Source: Octopus vulgaris (lineage: Eukaryota). Taken from it: DNA of 64,000 nt. The stretch spans positions 4,960,001-5,024,000 of the forward strand of contig OX597835.1 in the NCBI GenBank assembly GCA_951406725.2. Reading direction: 5' to 3'. The notes under the pieces are model-generated. The model saw only the letters and a list, made by a program, of their open reading frames with translations, made no database searches and had not been told where the DNA came from. This document shows positions 55,869 to 63,442 of this stretch, piece by piece (within the stretch, counting starts at the first letter, position 1; each line of letters begins with the position of its first letter). The position numbers and the translations under genes were made by a program.

Positions 55869-56891
55869 TAACAAATCAAGAAGATATCACAGGGAACAGT
55901 TGTTTTAACATGATATATCTACACCAACTGATAAACCTAAGCCAGTTGTTAAGTATCCCACCATTGAGGGATTGATGCTAGATGGGGCAAAACAATGTGA
56001 TTAATAAGCATTCTCATATTCTATCTTTTGTTTCTTTCATTAATCAAAGATAGATAGATGGACAGACAGACAAGCAGACAGATTGGTATGCATGGTTTGT
56101 ATGTATATGTATATGCATATTCACACACACACTCATAAGTATACTTCTTCAATGTTCTAGGTATTTGCGACTGTGAGAAATCCTTCACTGGACCAGACTG
56201 TTCAATATCAACAACTGTGGCTCCCCAAATAGTGGACATCTCACCTCAACGTACAGATCTGGCAAAAATTTCATCGGTTAATATTTCCATTGTCATTACT
56301 GGAGGTCCATTTTATATGCTAAATCTCTACTTATGTCATTTCGTAAAAGCTGAAGTAAGTATTATATTCTTCAATTTGAAATATTGCAGTTATTAGAAAA
56401 TAGATCAGTGTTTATGATTGTGTGGATGTTTTATACTCATTCATATTCATAGAGATGATGGTTCAATTAGGTCTTGGAGACTGACATATACTGGCAATCA
56501 AGTTTTGCCAGTTAATTTACTCAACCACACTATTTAAACAAACTGATATGTGAAACTTGATTTTCCAGTCAAGTTGACTTCCCCAGTAAATTTGACTTTA
56601 CTCTCTGTATAGAATCCCTCCATCAAGAAACACTCACTTCTTTAAAGTGCTTTTAACTTATGGCCTCATTTGAACTCTTTTACTCTTTTACTTGTTTCAG
56701 TCATTTGACTGTGGCTATGCTGGAGTACCGCCTTTAGTCAAGCAAATTGACCCCAGGACTTATTCTTTGTAAGCCTAGTACTTATTCTATTGGTCTCTTT
56801 TGCCGAACCACTAAGTTACGGGGACGTAAACACACCAGCATTGGCTGTCAAGCAATGTTGGGGGGAGGGACAAACACAGACAGACAAACAC

Positions 56892-56971
<80 letters not shown>

Positions 56972-59806
56972 GACGGGCTTCTTTCAATTTCCGTCTACCA
57001 AATCCACTCACAAGGCTTTGGTTGGCCTAAGGCTATAGTAGAAGACACTTGCCCAAGGTGCCACACAGTGGGAATGAACCCAGAATCTTGTGGCTGGTAA
57101 GCAAGCTACTTACCACACAAGAAATCATTGCAAATTGCTAGCAACCAATATTAAGAACTTGTAAGGCTCTATCCTGACTCATATAGAATCATATAGACTC
57201 CTAGGGCTGGTTTGTTTCTTTCTTGATTTCATTTATATCCTTTACTATTGCGCACCAACAACACACACACAAACAAACCAACATGAGCTTGCACAATTAT
57301 CACACACGCCCCACACATACAACAACTTGCTTTGGTCAACCTAAGCATATAGCAGAAGACACATGTCAGAGATTCTGTACAGTGAAAACAAACTCAGAAC
57401 TTAGTACTTACAAGGTAAACTTGTTTACCACAAAACAATCATCTTTATTAAAGCAGTCTTAAAATTAATATGTTGTCAATTTCTTTGACCACCACCACTC
57501 ACTGAAGTGGATTCATATGCTTGTTTATTTCATTCTTTTGTTTCAGCTGCAATTCCCAGGAAAAAATTATACCAATGAACTTAACCAGCAAAAATTTACA
57601 ACATCTAATGCAATTTTCATCAGCTTTGAACAGGTTGAATGTATTTTACCAAAAGCAAATTCTTATTTGGTATTTCTTTCTACTGCATCCTTCAACGTTC
57701 AGTCACTTATTTGGTTTCATCAAGTATTCAGTTCTGACTGTTTCCAATGTCTCCCGGGGAAGATTTGTACTTTAATACAAGTAAGTAGTTTCTGAAGATG
57801 TTGATTGCTTGCTTTTAGTTGATCTGCCTTTCCTGCTTTCTTTATCCCTGTTTTTTAAGGTAGAAAGGTAGGATTTGACAGGATTTTAGCTGCTATTTTT
57901 AGCAATGTAGTAGTAACTACATAAAGACTTCTTCACTAGTTCAAGATATTCACTTTTTATGATTCCAAGTTCTGTGTGCAAATCCTACTAGTATCAGCCT
58001 GAGAAAGACAAAATTGGCCGCACATAACGGGACCTGAGTGACTGGAATCAAACACCACTAGGTATTTTTGTTGAAGGCACTGAATATAAGATCCCTTTCC
58101 TCCATATACACACATATATGCACACAGACCCTTACATATCCAAAGGAATAATCTTTCTACTTTAGGCACAAGGCCTGAAATTTTGAGAGAGGGAGGGAGG
58201 GAGGGAGGGAGCTAGTCGATTATATTGACCCCAGTGTTTCACTGGTATTTATTTCATCAACCCTGAAAGGATGAAAGGCAAAGTTGACTTTGGAGGGATT
58301 TGAACTCAGAACGTGATGATGAACAAAGTGTTGCTAAGTATTTCGCCCAGCATGCTAACAATCCTTATTTCTTTATTGCCCACAAGGGGCTAAACATAGA
58401 GGGGACAAACAAGGACAGAAAGATTATATTGACCCCAGTGCATAACTGGTACTTAATTTATTGACCCCCGAATGGATGAAAAGCAAAGTCAACCTTGGCG
58501 GAATTTGAACTCAGAACGTAACGGCAGACAAAACACTGCTAAGCATTTTGCCTGGTGTGCTAATGTTTCTGCCAGCTCGCTACCTTCATCATCATCATCA
58601 TCATCATAATGATGATGATAATGAGGGGGAGAATTTCTTTTATTCTCCACAGGGGCATAGATGAGGGGAACTTCACAAGAACATTCTACAATTTATGTGA
58701 GTTTTACATAAAAGATGAGAATAAAGGAAATCTAAGTGACAGAGAAATAAGACAAATGTACATCTCTCTCTATATAAACGGCAGTTTGTCTGTGTGTCTG
58801 TCAGGTTGTACCCTCACCCTGACCACGGCTTTCAACCGATTCTGATGAAACTTGACACACACATAGCCCAATGTCATAATTCAAAACTAACGCAGCGAAA
58901 ATTTTGAAAAGTTCCCCCAGTTCTGAAAAAGATCGATAAATCCGACATGGGGTCGAGAATCAGAAACACAAACCACAGACTGTCTAGGGGACGCAACTCG
59001 ACCTTTTTAACTAAAAAAAAAATTTACCATCATTTTTTTTTCCATTTTTTGGCTATAACTCTCTAAAAATGCTTTATAGTTATTTCCCTTACAAACCCGA
59101 GCAACGCCGGGCGATACTGCTAGTATAGTATATAAATCATGTGAACAAATGAATGATTCAGTCCTCCTGATATACGATTACCTCTATCTAGGGGCCGATC
59201 AAGAAGCCCCTCTAAAGTCACCTGAAATTACAACCTACCAGATTTAAAAAGAGTAAAGATGCACTGGGTAATGTTGTCCTGGCAACTATTTTTAGCAGGC
59301 CAAACCAATTACATGGTATTTTGTAATGGTGTAAAGATTCATTGTTTTTTTCATATTGAATTAAAAATATCATCTTGCAAATCATTTTTGTTTCCATGGA
59401 AATATATATTTTAAATAGGTGCAGGCATAGCTGTGTGGTAAGAAGCTTGCTTCCCAATCACAAAGTTCCAGGTTCAGTCTCACTGCGGGGTATCTTGGAC
59501 AAGTGTCTTCTACAATAACCTCAGGCCAACCAAAGCCTTTAAGTGGATTTGGTAGATGGAAACTGAGAGAAGCCCATTGTAAATATATGTATATATTTGT
59601 GAGTGTGCGTGTGCTTTTTTGTGTCTGTGTTTGTCCCCACCATCGCTTGATAATCAATGCTGGTGTGTTTATGTCCAGATAACCTAGCAGTTCAGCAAAA
59701 GGACTAATAGAATAAGTCCTTGGCTTTAGAAAAAAAAAAGTCGTGGAGTTGATTTATTCAAATAAAAAATCCATTAAGGTGGAAGGATGCTCCCTTTCTC
59801 TCTCAC

Positions 59807-59837
<31 letters not shown>

Positions 59838-60677
59838 GCCTACTTTGAAGGAAAAATCAGCCCTGTTCACTTTGAAATACTTGACTGCCAGATATTATCC
59901 AGCTTGCTACATGCATAATAGGCTAGTATCTTGGACGTAGAGAAGTCTTTCTTACTGTCAGAAGTCAAATGACTTAAACAAGTAAGAGAATAATAGAATA
60001 CAAAACTAGACTTTCCTGAGATTGATGACTTTCTCAATTCCATCTGTTTGTTTCATTTTTTTCCTAGGAGAAGTTCTGTTATATTGAGGGAGAATGCTAC
60101 ACTCTTGGTACTAAAAAGAAGGGAGACGAAAATCTTGTGTGTGATTCCAGCAAAAATATTATAATGTGGACAGATATCCGAAGTGAGCAATTCTGATTTA
60201 TTTAAAGGATTTTTTGGAACATTCCAAGTTTTCTTTACGGTTAATTTTTTATTGCTATATGTAAATGAGGTTGTTGTTTAGCCACAGGTCATCTCTGATT
60301 CAGCATACATGTGACCAAGGCCACTGCCACCTCCTCCTCTTCCTGAGAGAGATGTGTGTTATAACAATGTACAAACAATTTTTGTCCTCCGTTAGTCTTA
60401 ACAGATCCTCCGTTTCATGTTGTGTCTCTTTATAAGTTACATAAATTTTGTTGACTGGTCATTTCTTCTGTTAGGGTAATATCTAAAACGGTTGTTGCTC
60501 AGCATGATAGCAATGGTCAGCAAAGCATAAGCTATTCTGAGCAATGTTAGTGTAGATGAGTGCAATGTGTCCATAAATCTCATCTTTGAAATTTTGCCCA
60601 TGCCATGAGATGTTCTGCACCTTCATGAGAAGCTCTTTCCTTATTCTCAATATTCAGGCCCCATAAAGAAGAATGCT

Positions 60678-60741
<64 letters not shown>

Positions 60742-63400
60742 TGCTCTGAAGGAAGGATCTGCCTTGTTCACTTTGAAATACTTGACTGCCAGATATTTTC
60801 CAGCTTGTTGCATGCATAATAGGCTAGTCTCTTGGATGTAGAGAAGTCTTTCTTACTGTCAGCAATGTATCACCAAAGGGGTTCTCAAATTCATTGACTG
60901 CTGCAAGTTATGTGCCCTTGTTTCAGTTAATTGGCAAGTGGCTTCCATCTTCATTGATGGTCATGTCCCCTGTCTTCATTGCATTGAGAAATGGGCTGAC
61001 TTTGGCAGCAGAATTCTCAAGGAATATTAATAACTCTTGTTCATCATCGCACAGTTGATGTGCTGTAAGGGCAAGGTCAGAGAGTTGCAGGCTCTGGCGG
61101 TGTCTTGATTACTTTTGATCGATGTTGATACATTTGTCTTGGATGGGTTCAGGACTTTACTTAAGGATGTAATACACTTTAAGTGATTGGTACTTCTTTA
61201 TGCAGCTGTTCTCATCCATATGCATCACATGATGATACCAGTGCAGTCTCTTCTCATGTGCACTAGATCTGATCCTTCTTATGCTGAATTTCTTTTCTCA
61301 ATGCATTAGGGCATTGTCATACATGCACACTAACGTTGCATAATCAACAAAGTAGACTTACCTCATCTATTTATCTCATTCTAGATTTTCCACAGTTGAC
61401 AGCTGATGTGAAATTGGAAACATCTTTCAATGGCAGTGATGTAAAGAATCCTGAATTTTCATGGATTTGTAAATGGGGAGACTCATTAAACAATACTCAA
61501 AACCTTGAAGTTCATCTAAAATGGTTCGTTGATGGAAAAAATGTGTCATCAAATGAAATAACTAATAAAACTAGAATGTCTTCCACAGTTGGTCACAGAG
61601 AACTTCTGTCATACTTAAGTTATGGTTCATCTGTAAGTATTACTTTCATTTTTGCTAAGCAATGTTCATAGTTCACAGGTGCTCATGTTAGAAGAAGAGC
61701 CAAACAAGATTCTCTCAGTGAAAGATAATTATTTTGACAGCACAGTCACAACTGGCTGCCAAACTCAGTCCGGTTACTAGCTGGAGAGTTTAAGATAAGT
61801 AATCCACGAGTCATGTGTTGTGTTCGTTATTATGATGTCACTTAATTGACTCATGTTGCTTAACTCTAAACAGACATTATAAGTTTAATAATCCTTTCTA
61901 CTAAAGGCACAAGGCCTGGAATTTGGGGGAAGGGGACTAGTCGATTATATCGATTCCAGTGTTTCACTGGTACTTAATTTATTGACCCCAAATGGATGAA
62001 AGGCAAAGTTGACCTCGGTGAAATTTGAGCTCCGAACGTAGCAACAGACGAAATACCACTAAGCATTTCATCTGGCGTACTAATTATTCTGCCACCTCAC
62101 CATCTTAGGTAAAGTTTAATAATGCAAAAACTAAAAGCATTTCCTTAATTTGCAGTGATAGGCTCGAGTCCTCTTATGAGACTGATGAAGATAACAAGAA
62201 ATTACTTCAGTTCTCAAATTCAGGTTAGAGTATCCTGTTATATTTTGGCAAATATGTGCTAGTGGATCGCTAAGAGCACAATCCGAGTGTGATCATTGCC
62301 AGAGCAGCTAACTGGCTTCTGTGCTGGTGGCATGTAAAAAGCACCATTTGAGCGTGATTGTTACCAGCGTCGCCTTACTGGCACTTGTGCCGGTGGCATG
62401 TGAAAAAACATTCGAGCAAGGTCATTGCCAGTACCGCTGGACTGGCTCCTGTGCAGGTGGCATGTGAAAAACACCATTTGAGTGTGGCTATTGCTAGTAC
62501 TGCCTGACTGGGCCTTGTGCCGGTGGCATGTAAAAGCACCCACTACACTCTCGGAGTGGTTGGCATTAGGAAGGGCATCCAGCTGTAGAAACTCTGCCAG
62601 ATCAAGATTGTAGCCTGGTGCAGCCAGCTGGTTTGCCAGTCCTCAGTAAAATTGTCCAACCCATGATAGCAGGGAAAGCAGACATTAAATGATGATGATG
62701 ATGAGGATGTGTTCTTAAAGACTGTGACATGTCAAAGGGTCCAAATTAAATAGCAGCTGTAAAATGAAATATTTTGATGTATTCCAGTTCATCATTGGTT
62801 TTATTATTGAACTTAGAGGCTTAATATTTTCTCTGTTCCTTAATATATTCCTTAAAGCTATTTCATCCTTTACTTTTCAGAACTCAATGATTTCAGTATT
62901 TTTTCACACATAAATACTTAACTGATATTAAAAAACCTAAACTCAAACTGTCCTCAAACTTTTTACCTTCTAAAATCTTTCATCTATATCAGTTACATGA
63001 TATGGATGATTCCTGTTTTGAAGAAGGGAATAAAAGAAGCGGAGACTAACAAATGTGAACACCATCTTCATCATCATTGTTTAACGTCCACCTTCTATGC
63101 TGGCGTGGGTTGGACGATATGACAGGAGCACCAGGTGAGGTCAGTTTTGGTGTGGTTTTTACAGCTGGATGCCTCCCAAACATCAACCACTTAACAGTGT
63201 GGACTGGATGTTTTTTACAGGTACCAGCCCTGGTAGGATCACCAAGGATCACCTGGCAGGGTCACAAGACAAGGAATCTTTGAAAGGGGAGGGAGCACTG
63301 GAGGAAGAGATCTTGTGTCAGATGATGAAAGATTTGAGTGTGACAGAGACAGAGGAACAGAGACAGATGTCTTGTTGTAGAGGAGATACATGGTTACCCA

Positions 63401-63442
<42 letters not shown>

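Noticed and set aside
62177-62216. TGAGA-CTGATGA...TCTCA hammerhead candidate
   Set aside because: No GAAA after a stem II and no UH site in register.
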